Shown here in pieces: positions 44,871 through 54,313 of a stretch of DNA of 64,000 nt (positions are counted from its first letter, which is position 1; each line of letters begins with the position of its first letter). Source of the stretch: an uncultured Gemmatimonadales bacterium (GTDB taxonomy: Bacteria > Gemmatimonadota > Gemmatimonadetes > Longimicrobiales > RSA9). The notes beneath the pieces were generated by a model. It worked only from the letters and a program-made list of their open reading frames with translations. It was not told the origin of the DNA and made no database searches. The position numbers and the translations under genes are program-made. Location: positions 90,843 to 154,842 of the forward strand of contig CAWAMW010000012.1 of assembly GCA_963783305.1 (NCBI GenBank). Reading direction: 5' to 3'.

Positions 44871-47288
44871 CTACTCCCCCCGGAGCGCCTCGAGCGCACT
44901 GACCCGCGTGGCCCGGCGCGCCGGGATCAGCGATGCCAGCGCCCCGGTCGCCGCCAGCACCAGGATCGTCGCGGCGAACGCCATGGGATCCCGCGGGTCG
45001 ACATCGAAGAGCAGGTCGCTCAGGAGCTGCACCAGCCCCAGCGCCATGAGGAGCCCCAGCGCCAGCCCGAGGCCGATCTGGACGAGACCCTGACGGAGCA
45101 CCATCCGGAGGATGTTCGACGCGCGGGCGCCCAGCGCCATTCGCACCCCGATCTCACGCGTCCGCTGGCCCACCGCGAACGCCATCACCGCGTACAGCCC
45201 GATGGCCGCCAGGAACAGCGCCACGAGCCCGAGCGCGCCGAAGATCGAGCCGAAGAGACCAATGTGCCAGTTGCTGCTGCCGATCCGGCCGGCCAGCGTG
45301 TCCACCCAGTAGAGCGGTATATCCGCGTCCACCGACTGCACCGCTTCCCGCATGGCCGCAGCGATCGCCGTCGCGTCCCCGCCGCGCACCCGCGCGCCAA
45401 TGGACATGAACCGGTTCTCCGCCTGCGCCGCCGGGATGTAGATCGCTTCCGGACTGTCCCCCCGGATCCCGCCCGCGTGCAGGTCGGGCACCACGCCCAC
45501 CACCACCCGCCAGGGCTCCTCGGTCTCGGAGGCGCCCAGCCGGATCCGACGGCCCACCGGGTCGCCCTCCAGGTAGCGTCGGCCGAAACTCTCGTTCACC
45601 ACCGCCACGGCCAGCGCCGATGCCTGGTCGCCCGCCTCGATCACCCGACCGGCCACCGGCGTGACCTCGTACGTGTCGAAGAACCGGGGGCCCACGGGGA
45701 TCCGGTGCGCCATGGGGTAGTCCCGGTCCTCCGCGTAGGACGCGCCCTCCGGCGAGAACGCCGACCACCCGCCCCAGAACCCCGGCAGCTGACCCGAGAG
45801 CGTTGCGGACGCCACCGCCGGGATCGCGTTCAGCCGGCCCTCCAGCTCCTCGTAGAACTGGTGCAGCGATGCGGCATCCGGGTAGTCGCCCTCCATCAGC
45901 CCGATCCGCGCGGTGAGCACGTCCGTCGCCGCGTACGGGTACTCAATGCTGTTCAGCCGCACCACGCTCCGCACCATCACGCCGGCGCCCACCAGCAGCG
46001 CGCACGACAGCGCCACCTCGAACACCACCAGCCCCCGGCTCAGCCGGCCGATCCTGAACCCCGACGACCCCCGGCTCTGGTCCTTCAGGATCTCCGCCAC
46101 GTCCGCACGCGCCGCCTGCCACGCCGGGAGCCCGCCCGCCGCCAGTGTGGCCACGATCACCGCCAGCAGCGCGAACAGCAGCGACGCGCCATCGATCCGG
46201 ATGTCGATCCAGAACGGCGCGCCCGTGTCCGCGATCGCCCGGTTGAACCACTCCACGCCCGCCCACGCGATCCCGAGCCCCACGATCGCCCCCATGAACG
46301 CCACCGCGAACGCCTCCAGCAGGAACTGCCACACGATCTCGCGACGCCGCGCTCCCAGCGCCGTCCGCACCCCGATCTCTCGCGTCCGCTGGAGCGCCCG
46401 CGCCAGCAGCAGGCTCGCCACGTTCGCCGACGCGATCAGCAGCACGAACAACGCGGCGCCCAGCATCGTGTTCACCGCGTTCTCCTCCTCGCCGCCCATG
46501 TACTCCTCGATGTACGGCTTCACCACCGCGCTCACACCCTCGTTCGTCGCCGGGTGCTCCAGCGCGATCCGCCGCGCCACGCCCACCATGTCCGCCGCCG
46601 CGTGGTCCACCGTCACCCCCGGCTTCAGACGACCCATCACCTCCAGCGTCTGACCCTCACCGCGCGGCGTCGATACCGCGTCCAGCGGCATAGGCACCCA
46701 CACGTCCTGCGTGACCGGGAACCGGAACCCGTCCGGCATCACTCCCACCACCGTCGCCTCGCGGCCGTTCACCCGCAGCGATCGCCCCACGATCTCCGGG
46801 TCGCCGTCATACCGCTCCTGCCACACGTGGTGCCCCAGCACGATCACCGGCTCCGACGACGGACCCCGCTCGCTCTCCAGGAAGGTTCGCCCCAGCTCCG
46901 GCCGCACCCGCAGCATCCCGAACGCCTCCGGCGTGATGAACGCCCCATCGTACCGCTCCGCACGGTCCTCCCCGCTCACGTTCACCGTCCCCGTGTAGAA
47001 CGCCGCCAGGTCCTCGAACGACCCCTGCTCCGCACGCCACACCTCGAAGTCGTGGATCCCCACCTCCATGCTCGGCACGTCCGCCGGCAGGTTGCTCTCC
47101 TCCAGGTGCATCAGCCGCTCCGACTCCTCGAACGGCAGGCCCCGCCAGAACGCGCCATACACGATGCTGAACATCATCGTCGTCAGCCCCAGCCCCAGCG
47201 CCAGCGCCAGGACCGTCACCGCCGTCAGGGCGGGCGAGAGCACGAGCTTGCGGAACGCCAGCCGGAGATCGCGAAAGAGGAGCTCCAT
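44871..47288 (-). CDS. Duplicated MacB/FtsX-type ABC permease (ADOP-like)
   Basis: LALGLG.TT.MFS, ANVASLLLAR...R.REIGVR.ALGA, repeated C-terminal RTREIGVRMALGA, PARRA. Confidence 0.92.
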   Translation of the reverse strand: MELLFRDLRLAFRKLVLSPALTAVTVLALALGLGLTTMMFSIVYGAFWRGLPFEESERLMHLEESNLPADVPSMEVGIHDFEVWRAEQGSFEDLAAFYTGTVNVSGEDRAERYDGAFITPEAFGMLRVRPELGRTFLESERGPSSEPVIVLGHHVWQERYDGDPEIVGRSLRVNGREATVVGVMPDGFRFPVTQDVWVPMPLDAVSTPRGEGQTLEVMGRLKPGVTVDHAAADMVGVARRIALEHPATNEGVSAVVKPYIEEYMGGEEENAVNTMLGAALFVLLIASANVASLLLARALQRTREIGVRTALGARRREIVWQFLLEAFAVAFMGAIVGLGIAWAGVEWFNRAIADTGAPFWIDIRIDGASLLFALLAVIVATLAAGGLPAWQAARADVAEILKDQSRGSSGFRIGRLSRGLVVFEVALSCALLVGAGVMVRSVVRLNSIEYPYAATDVLTARIGLMEGDYPDAASLHQFYEELEGRLNAIPAVASATLSGQLPGFWGGWSAFSPEGASYAEDRDYPMAHRIPVGPRFFDTYEVTPVAGRVIEAGDQASALAVAVVNESFGRRYLEGDPVGRRIRLGASETEEPWRVVVGVVPDLHAGGIRGDSPEAIYIPAAQAENRFMSIGARVRGGDATAIAAAMREAVQSVDADIPLYWVDTLAGRIGSSNWHIGLFGSIFGALGLVALFLAAIGLYAVMAFAVGQRTREIGVRMALGARASNILRMVLRQGLVQIGLGLALGLLMALGLVQLLSDLLFDVDPRDPMAFAATILVLAATGALASLIPARRATRVSALEALRGE

Positions 47289-47390
47289 GGGGACCTCGGA
47301 GGGTGGGGGAGGACGTGAGCGGTCTGTCCCTCGGCCCTACGGCGCACGAGCCGCGCGGTTTCATGGGCGAACAACAACAGCGCCACAAGC

Positions 47391-47573
47391 TTGACACGAA
47401 GGGATCGAAGGGACGAAGGACACGAAGAATTCACCAGCGCGCGTCCGCCCACCGGGAAAAATCGAATCCGGATCATGTTTTAAACCGGCGGGATCAGGAC
47501 CCGCCGCGAATCCGGCCCCTTCCGGCTCCGTCCGGCTCCGTGCTCTTCGACTCCTTCGTGGTCTTCGTGTCAA
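47391..47573. repeat. Gene-less CGAAG-unit inverted-repeat element
   Basis: TTGACACGAAGGGATCGAAGGGACGAAGGACACGAAG ... CTTCGACTCCTTCGTGGTCTTCGTGTCAA. Confidence 0.88.
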
Positions 47574-47717
47574 AGCGGTTCCGGACCCTGCTCACGCCGC
47601 GAGCCCCACGCTGCTCCACTGCGGCCGATTCCACGCGCGTTCGAGCCCCGCCCACGGACCGGATTTTGCCCTGCAGGAACCGTTGTCACACACACACTAC
47701 AGACTCTCGGAGGCCCC

Positions 47718-48158
47718 ATGCAGGTCCGAAGCATCATGACGGGCGAGTCCGCCGTCATAAGCATTGCCCCCAGCGACACCGTCGCCACCGCCACTGCCGC
47801 CCTCATTGACCACGGGATCGGCGCACTCCCCGTCGTTGGCCGCGACCGCGTGCCCGTCGGCCTCATCGCCGAGCGCGATATCGCCCGCGCCCTCCACGAC
47901 CAGCCCCGCGGCACCACCGACATCGCCGTCCAGCTCGTCATGCAGAAGCCCGCCCCCACCTGCGACCTCGACGACGACATCCAGGCGGTCATGGCTCGCA
48001 TGACTCGCAACCGACTCCGCCACCTCGTCGTCTGCGACCAGGGCCGCCTGACCGGCATGCTCTCCGTGGGCGACCTCCTCAAGCATCGCCTCGAACAGCT
48101 CGAGACAGAGGCCGGTGTGCTCCGCGATTACGTGGCCGGACAGCGCAGCCGCCGCTGA
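47718..48158 (+). CDS. CBS domain pair protein
   Basis: IGALPVV, G.IAERDI, MT..RLRHL.V, GMLSVGDL; GGAGG RBS. Confidence 0.9.
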   Translation: MQVRSIMTGESAVISIAPSDTVATATAALIDHGIGALPVVGRDRVPVGLIAERDIARALHDQPRGTTDIAVQLVMQKPAPTCDLDDDIQAVMARMTRNRLRHLVVCDQGRLTGMLSVGDLLKHRLEQLETEAGVLRDYVAGQRSRR

Positions 48159-48706
48159 CAGCACCGCGGCACGCTCGACAGGGAGGGTAGCGGAGGGGAG
48201 GGGCGGGTCGTGCGCGATCAGGATCGATGATCGTGCTCAATGCTCGTTGTTTCGATTCTTTTTCCCGCATTGCCTTTCCCCGCCTGCCGCCCCATCTTTC
48301 CCTGGTATCCCGGAACCCCACCAACCCCCAACGCGGCGGGTCCCGGCCATACGTGCGAGTCGCGCGCACCAGGATGCTGTAGACGCCGCCAGATCGCGGC
48401 GCCGCCATGCGTCCGTGTGTACCCACGCGCCGACACAGCGGTATGGCACCGACCACCAACGACACAGCGCGCGCTCGACCCCGTCACCGCCAGGGTGATT
48501 GGGGGCGCAGAGCCGTGCTCCTGGTTTTCTCACCCGGGTCGCAACGCTCCCGAATTCACCGTTCTGGGACGCGTCCCTCAGTACCCACCGGTACCTCGCG
48601 TCCGGCGTAATCGCCGGCGCGCTCGCCCCCGCCCCGGTCCTCTTCGGCGGTACTCCCGTCGAAGAGGATCACCGGGCGCGGCTGAAAGACAGGCGCGCGT
48701 CAGAGA

Positions 48707-49148
48707 GGCGTGACACGAAGAGCTCGAACGAGGCGAAGTGAGCGAAGAACAGCACAGCGGGATCGAAGGAACGAAGGAACGAAGGAACGAAGGAACGAAG
48801 GAACGTAATTCTCGCCGCGATCCTGCTCCCACCGGATCGACCGACATTTTCTTTTTGTCTTCGTTTGTCTTCGTTGTCTTCGTTCCTTCGATTCCCTGCT
48901 GTTTCCCCTGTTTCTGCCGTTCTGCCCGTTGTTGCGCTTCCGCTATCCCCACCCCATCCCGGCGATCGGCGTCGCCTCGGCCTCATCGAAGGCGTGACAC
49001 GAAGGGCTCGAACCGAGCGAAGCGAACGAAGAACAGCACGGCGGGATCGAAGCAACGAAGGAGCGAAGGAACGTATGATCGAAATGCTCGCCGGGGTCCC
49101 GCCCCACCGGATCGAACCACGTTTCATTTCGTTGTCTTCGTTCCTCCA
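48707..49148. repeat. Two degenerate CGAAG-unit elements (period 284 bp), including an expanded CGAAGGAA tract
   Basis: GGCGTGACACGAAG at 48707 and 48991; right arms are (G)TCTTCG runs at about 48855-48895 and 49127-49148. Confidence 0.85.
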
Positions 49149-49149
49149 C

Positions 49150-49171
49150 TGTCGGACCCCCTCCGTACCAT
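49150..49171 (+). promoter_or_regulatory. PafBC-type promoter motif TGTCGG-N10-TA-N3-T
   Basis: TGTCGG ACCCCCTCCG TA CCA T, ending 50 nt before the VWA ATG; a pafBC-like pair lies about 2 kb away. Confidence 0.7.
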
Positions 49172-49220
49172 GCACCTCGTCCGCCCATGCAGGGCCGACC
49201 GCACACCGTGGAGGCTGCCC

Positions 49221-50513
49221 ATGAACACACGCATCAGACTCGACCACGAACCCGTCGCCGATGGCGGCTACGTCGTACGCGCACTCCTCCGGATCAACGG
49301 CGAGGCCCCCGACGCCGGCGACCGCCCGCCTCTGAACCTGGCCGTGGTCCTCGATCGCTCCGGCTCCATGGCGGGGCTCGGCAAGCTCGAGCGCGCCAAG
49401 GAGGCCGCGAGCCTGCTGGTCCGACGCCTCGCGGATGACGATCTCGTCAGCATCATCGCCTACGATGACGAGGTCCGCACCCACGCCGCCCGCGTACCCG
49501 GCGCACGCCGCCAGGAGCTCCTCGCCCGCGTCGCCGACCTCGACACCGGCGGCTCCACCAACCTCTCCGGGGGCTGGCTCCGCGGCCGCGAGCTGGTCGC
49601 GGCCGACCTCACCGATGGCGGCGTGAACCGCGTCCTCCTCCTTACCGATGGCCTCGCCAATGTCGGCATCACCGACCCCGGCCAGCTCCGCGACCTGGTG
49701 GCCTCCGCCGCCGCGAAGGGCGTGAGCACCACCACCATCGGGTTCGGCGTCGATTACGACGAGCGACTCCTCCGCTCCCTCGCCGAGGCCGGCGGCGGCA
49801 GCACCTACTACATCGAGCTCCCCGACCAGGCGCCCGCCGTGTTCGAGGCCGAGATCGAAGGGCTCATGGCCCTGGCCGCCCAGAACGTCACCGTCACCCT
49901 CGTGGCCGGCGCCGCGGTCGAGCACGCCACCGCCCTCCACGGCTACCCCCGCCAGCAGACCGACGATGGCGCGCTCGTCCTCGAGCTCGGCGACCTCTAC
50001 GCCCACGAGCCCCGCTCGCTCCTCGTCGAGTTCCTCATCAACGACGACGGCGCCGGCGAGATCGATGTCGCCACGTTCACCATCGAGGGATATGTCCTCC
50101 TCCCCGGCGGGCGGATCGAGAAGCGGACCATCACGCTGCCCGTGGTTGTGACCCGCGGCAAGGCCGCTGTCGTGGACCCCGAGGTCCGCCGCGAGGCCCT
50201 CCTCCTCGAGGCCGCACGCGCCCGCGAGGACGCCCTCGAAGACCGCGCCCGCGGCGCCTTCGACCAGGGCGCCCGCACGCTCCGCCACATCGCCGAAAAG
50301 CTCGCCCCCTCCGCCCCCGACGACCCCCAGATCCAGGACGAGATCGACGACCTCCACGACCTCGCCCGCAAGTTCGACGACGAGCAGGTCACCCTCGCCG
50401 ACGCCAAGTGGATGTACCAGCGCGCCTACGGCAGCGCCCAGAGCAAGCGCGCCACCATGGAGCGGGTCAGGGAAGACCGCGCGGCGGAGCGGGAGCGGAG
50501 GCGCGAGTCGTGA
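49221..50513 (+). CDS. VWA domain protein (YfbK-like)
   Basis: PLNLAVVLDRSGSM MIDAS, GGSTNL, LLLTDGLAN, TIGFG.DYDE; GGAGG RBS at 49210. Confidence 0.92.
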   Translation: MNTRIRLDHEPVADGGYVVRALLRINGEAPDAGDRPPLNLAVVLDRSGSMAGLGKLERAKEAASLLVRRLADDDLVSIIAYDDEVRTHAARVPGARRQELLARVADLDTGGSTNLSGGWLRGRELVAADLTDGGVNRVLLLTDGLANVGITDPGQLRDLVASAAAKGVSTTTIGFGVDYDERLLRSLAEAGGGSTYYIELPDQAPAVFEAEIEGLMALAAQNVTVTLVAGAAVEHATALHGYPRQQTDDGALVLELGDLYAHEPRSLLVEFLINDDGAGEIDVATFTIEGYVLLPGGRIEKRTITLPVVVTRGKAAVVDPEVRREALLLEAARAREDALEDRARGAFDQGARTLRHIAEKLAPSAPDDPQIQDEIDDLHDLARKFDDEQVTLADAKWMYQRAYGSAQSKRATMERVREDRAAERERRRES

Positions 50514-50530
50514 TCGCCGTCCAGGGTTTT

Positions 50531-51028
50531 AGAGACGTGACACGAAGGGCTCGAATGGGCGAAGGGCACGAAAGAGCTCCACCGGCTCACCCGTCGCGGA
50601 GGACCCGTCGCCAGCCGCCATTTACCAGGGCATCCACGTTGAAATTGAAGAGCAGACCTACCCGCAGATCGGACATGCGCAGGTACGAGAGCAGCTGGGA
50701 AACGTGCACGGGAGCGATCTTCTGCACGACCTTCAGCTCTACCACCACCTTCTTTTCGACCAGAAGATCCACTCGGTACCCGCAGTCGAGGTCCACGTCC
50801 AGATACCGGACGCGGACCGGCACCTGCCGGCTCACCCTGTGGCCGCGCCGGCGCAGCTCGGCATCGAAACACGCTTCATACGTGCTCTCGAGCATGCCCG
50901 GCCCGAGATACCGATGCACTTCGATGGCCCCACCGATGATGCTTCGGGTGAGCCCGCCCGTCCCGTCGTTCACGAAATCAGTCACTTCGCGCCCCTTCGT
51001 CCCTTCGTGCTCTTCGTGTCACGCCTCT
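50531..51028. mobile_element. Putative inverted-repeat-bounded GxxExxY element 1
   Basis: AGAGACGTGACACGAAG... left arm and ...CTTCGTGTCACGCCTCT right arm enclose a single gene; mobility is inferred. Confidence 0.6.
50587..50985 (-). CDS. GxxExxY protein (PD-(D/E)XK nuclease-like)
   Basis: LGPGMLESTY, YRVDLLVE..VVVELK, QLLSYL, GLLFNF. Confidence 0.93.
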   Translation of the reverse strand: MTDFVNDGTGGLTRSIIGGAIEVHRYLGPGMLESTYEACFDAELRRRGHRVSRQVPVRVRYLDVDLDCGYRVDLLVEKKVVVELKVVQKIAPVHVSQLLSYLRMSDLRVGLLFNFNVDALVNGGWRRVLRDG

Positions 51029-51183
51029 GGGAACGTGAACCGGGGCGTGGGGCGCTGGAATGGCAGAATGGGACGTTTCCCGATTGCGAACCGCGTCGCC
51101 GTACATCATTATCCCTCCGGCCGGTCGCTCTCCCAACCTCCTTGGACACCCGCGCGACCCGCCGTTGGGCCAACGTGCGCCCC

Positions 51184-52287
51184 ATGACCACATCCGAAGG
51201 CCGCCCTGTGCGCATCTCGAAAAGCCAACGCTGGCTCGACCTCATCGCCTTCCTGGTGCGACACCGCTTCCCGGTGGACGTGGACCAGGTGATGAACGGC
51301 GTGCCGGCCTACCGCGAGAAGTGGAACAGCGGCTCCGCGAAGGACAAGGCCACCGTCCAGAAGATGTTCGAGCGCGACAAGTCGGAGCTTCGCGACGCCG
51401 GCATCCCGCTGGAGACCCGCGAGTACACCATCGACCACGGCGCCGAGCTGGCCATCGGCTACGAGCTCTCCGGCCGCGACTTCTACCTCCCGTACCTGCG
51501 GATCGTGCGCGGAGAATCGTCGGGCGTTCCCGGCCTTTCCCAGCCGATGGACCTCGACACCGACGACTTCCAGACCGCCGTCGATGGCTTGCGCCGCGTA
51601 CGTGATCTCCCCGGCAGCCCCCTGGCGCAGGAAGCCCGGACCGCCCTGTCCAAGCTGACCTTCGACGCCGACCCCGCCGCGATCCGCGACGACCCCGTGG
51701 TCTACGCCGACTCCCCGGAGGCCGGCGAGGTCCGGGAGCTCACCCGCGTCCTCCGGGACGCCCTGTCCGCCCGCCGCCGAGTGCGCTTCACCTACCACGG
51801 CATCCACCGCGACACCGCCACCGACCGCGATGTCGCGCCGTACGGCCTCCTCTTCCAGCGCGCCCACTGGTACCTGATCGGCAGCGACGCCACCCGCGAG
51901 GGCGACCTCCGCGTGTTCCGCGTCAGTCGCATCGAGACCGGCACGCTGAAGCCCGGCGACCCCGACAGCTACCGGATCCCCGACACCTTCGACGCGTCGG
52001 AGTACGCCGCGCGGGAGGCGTGGGAGCTGGGCGAGGACGACCCCGTCGTCACCGATGTGCGGTTCGCGTTCCCGCTGTCGCTCTGGGCCGACCGGAACGG
52101 GCAGGGGACCGCCGTGGAGGAGGCGCACGGTGGCGCCGTCGTGCGCCGGTTCGACGTGCGCCAGACCGACCCGTTCCTCCGCTGGCTCCAGTCGTTCGCC
52201 GGCGACGCCGTCGTGGTCGCGCCGCCGGAGCTCCGAGAGGCGCAAAAGGAGCTGGCGAGGCGGACTCTGGAGGTGTATGGAGCCTGA
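51184..52287 (+). CDS. HTH-WYL-WCX regulator, PafB-like
   Basis: QRWLDL, KMFERDK.ELR..GIP, V.PYGL....HWYLIG, RVFRVSRI. Confidence 0.88.
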   Translation: MTTSEGRPVRISKSQRWLDLIAFLVRHRFPVDVDQVMNGVPAYREKWNSGSAKDKATVQKMFERDKSELRDAGIPLETREYTIDHGAELAIGYELSGRDFYLPYLRIVRGESSGVPGLSQPMDLDTDDFQTAVDGLRRVRDLPGSPLAQEARTALSKLTFDADPAAIRDDPVVYADSPEAGEVRELTRVLRDALSARRRVRFTYHGIHRDTATDRDVAPYGLLFQRAHWYLIGSDATREGDLRVFRVSRIETGTLKPGDPDSYRIPDTFDASEYAAREAWELGEDDPVVTDVRFAFPLSLWADRNGQGTAVEEAHGGAVVRRFDVRQTDPFLRWLQSFAGDAVVVAPPELREAQKELARRTLEVYGA

Positions 52288-52288
52288 G

Positions 52289-52520
52289 CTAGGTCGTGCG
52301 GATGTGCTGATCCACGAACTGACGGGGGGACAGGATTCGTATTCCCTCCCGGCTCTCGAGGGTAAGGAGGTCGTCATCCCCCGTGATAACGACATCCGCC
52401 CCGCCGGTCAGCGCGCAGGCGAGAACCTTGTCGTCGTCCGGATCCCGGGACACCGGTTCCGGCAGAGCCGGCGCGTCGATCAGCTCGGCTGCCGCGGCGA
52501 TGAAGGCGAGCAGACCGTTC
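52289..52520 (-). pseudogene. C-terminal remnant of a PIN-domain toxin
   Basis: SRDPDDDKVLACA..GGAD..ITGD.DLL.L....GIRILSP..F; the N-terminal DTNV motif is absent. Confidence 0.75.
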
Positions 52521-52613
52521 CCCTCGCCGGTTCGCGCTGCGCATTCGAGGTCGCTGCGGGCTGCTCCGCGTCCGCCTTCGGCCCAACACTGGCCGCCGAA
52601 GCGGGGTCGTGCT

Positions 52614-53633
52614 ATGCCTGACACCGCCCTGGACCAGGTCGAGCGACTCCTCCAGCTCATCCCCCTGGCCGCCCGCGATGGCGGGATCCGCTACGTCGAG
52701 CTTGCCGACGCCCTCGCCATCGACCGCGCGCAGCTCGACCGCGACCTCGAGACGCTGACGACCCGGGACTTCTACCTCCCCGGCGGCGCCATCAACGACC
52801 TCCAGGTCACGCTCGAGGAGGACCGCGTACGCGTGTGGACGACGGGTCAGCTCAAGCGCCCACCCCGGCTCACGGCCGGCGAGGCGGCGGCGCTGGACCT
52901 GGGGCTGAGGCTGCTGAAGGCGGATCACGGTTCACAGTGCACAGATCACGGTTCACAGTGCACAGATCACGGGGCGTCCGCGGCGGACGACGGTTCAGCG
53001 ATCTCCGACCTGCTTCGTCGCGTGAGTCGGTCCATTCCTGCGTGTACGGGACAGGTCATCGCGGATGGGGACCCGGACGCGGGGGACGCGGTGCGGGCGC
53101 TGGTGGAGGACGCGGCGCGGCGGGGGCGGAAGGTCGCGCTGTCGTACCTCAAGGCGGGCGCCCGGGAGCCAGGGGCGCGCACGGTGGCGCCGTACGTGGT
53201 GGCGCGGGCGGAGGGGCGGAGCTACGTGCTGGGGCTCGATGACGCGTCGGGGGAGGTCCGGGCGTTCCGGCTGGACCGGGTCCTGGAGGCACGCATCACC
53301 GACGACGACTTCACCGTCCCCGACAATTTCGACCCCGCCGACTGGCTCGATGGCGGCCGCGTATACCGCGCCGATGACGCGCTGGAGGTCACCGTCCGCT
53401 ACAGCCCGCGCGTCGCCCGCTGGATCATGGAGAGCGGGGAAGGCGAGGTGGCGGAGGACGGGAGCGTGGTGGTGACGCACACGGTGGCGGACCCGGGGTG
53501 GATCGTGCGACACGTGCTGCGTTACGGGGCGGACGCGGAGGTGGTGGCGCCGACGGAGGTGCGGGGGTGGGTGATGGCGGCGCTGGAAGCTGCAGCGGAG
53601 AGCGGGTCCACTTTCACTGCGGAGAGCCGCTGA
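52614..53633 (+). CDS. HTH-WYL-WCX regulator, PafC-like
   Basis: RLLQLIP, QLDRDLE, RPPRLT.GEA.AL, RTVAPY, RAFRLDRV, LRYGADAEV..P. Confidence 0.88.
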   Translation: MPDTALDQVERLLQLIPLAARDGGIRYVELADALAIDRAQLDRDLETLTTRDFYLPGGAINDLQVTLEEDRVRVWTTGQLKRPPRLTAGEAAALDLGLRLLKADHGSQCTDHGSQCTDHGASAADDGSAISDLLRRVSRSIPACTGQVIADGDPDAGDAVRALVEDAARRGRKVALSYLKAGAREPGARTVAPYVVARAEGRSYVLGLDDASGEVRAFRLDRVLEARITDDDFTVPDNFDPADWLDGGRVYRADDALEVTVRYSPRVARWIMESGEGEVAEDGSVVVTHTVADPGWIVRHVLRYGADAEVVAPTEVRGWVMAALEAAAESGSTFTAESR

Positions 53634-53640
53634 TCGTGCG

Positions 53641-54198
53641 TTACGCCACCAGCCGCCGCTCGATGCCGCCCACGCGCTCATTCAGGACGCGGAACCGCTG
53701 GCGCATGTCACTGGAGAGCTCGTCCAGCCGCCCGTGGACACCGGCGAGATTCTCTTCCACGGCCTGGAGCCGCTGGTCCATTCCCTTCAGCCGAGCGTTC
53801 AAACCGTCGATTCGACCGTCGACCTCGCCGATCCGACCGTCCATGGCATCCAGCCGGTTCATGACCCGCGTCTCGAACTGCTCCATCCGCAGCTCCATCG
53901 TTCGGAACCGGGCATCGACGGACTGGAAACCCTCTGCGGACCGGATTTCGAGCGCGTCCATGCGCTGCTCGAGTGCGTCCATGCGCTGCTCGAGTGCGTC
54001 CATGCGCTGCTCGAGTGCGTCCATTCGCTGCTCGATGGCGTCCAGCCGCTGCTCGATGGCGCCCAGCCGTTGCTCGACAGCACCCAACCGTTCCTCAACG
54101 CCGTCGAACCGCTTCTCCATGCGGCTGAACCCGGCGTGCATGGCGGTCAGCACTTCGGCGAGAACGCCGTCCATGTATTCCTTCGTCTCCGCATCCAT
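53641..54198 (-). CDS. Coiled-coil heptad-repeat protein
   Basis: LEQRMDA-type heptads encoded by 21-bp tandem repeats (about 53950-54080). Confidence 0.75.
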   Translation of the reverse strand: MDAETKEYMDGVLAEVLTAMHAGFSRMEKRFDGVEERLGAVEQRLGAIEQRLDAIEQRMDALEQRMDALEQRMDALEQRMDALEIRSAEGFQSVDARFRTMELRMEQFETRVMNRLDAMDGRIGEVDGRIDGLNARLKGMDQRLQAVEENLAGVHGRLDELSSDMRQRFRVLNERVGGIERRLVA

Positions 54199-54313
54199 GC
54201 CCCAAGATAGCCTCGCCTCGCGTGGCGTTGCCATAGCGGAATGGGACCTCTGGATTCCGGGGTCGACTGGCTTCGCGGTGCGCGTCTGCGTTCCGGGCGG
54301 GAGCAACCGCCAC

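Noticed and set aside
44341..49148. CRISPR array
   Set aside because: The repeats are inverted arms or long tandem units without unique regular spacers, and there are no cas genes
51084..51112. Sigma70-like promoter TTGCGA-N17-CATTAT upstream of the pafB-like gene
   Set aside because: Plausible, but too weak a match to support from sequence alone
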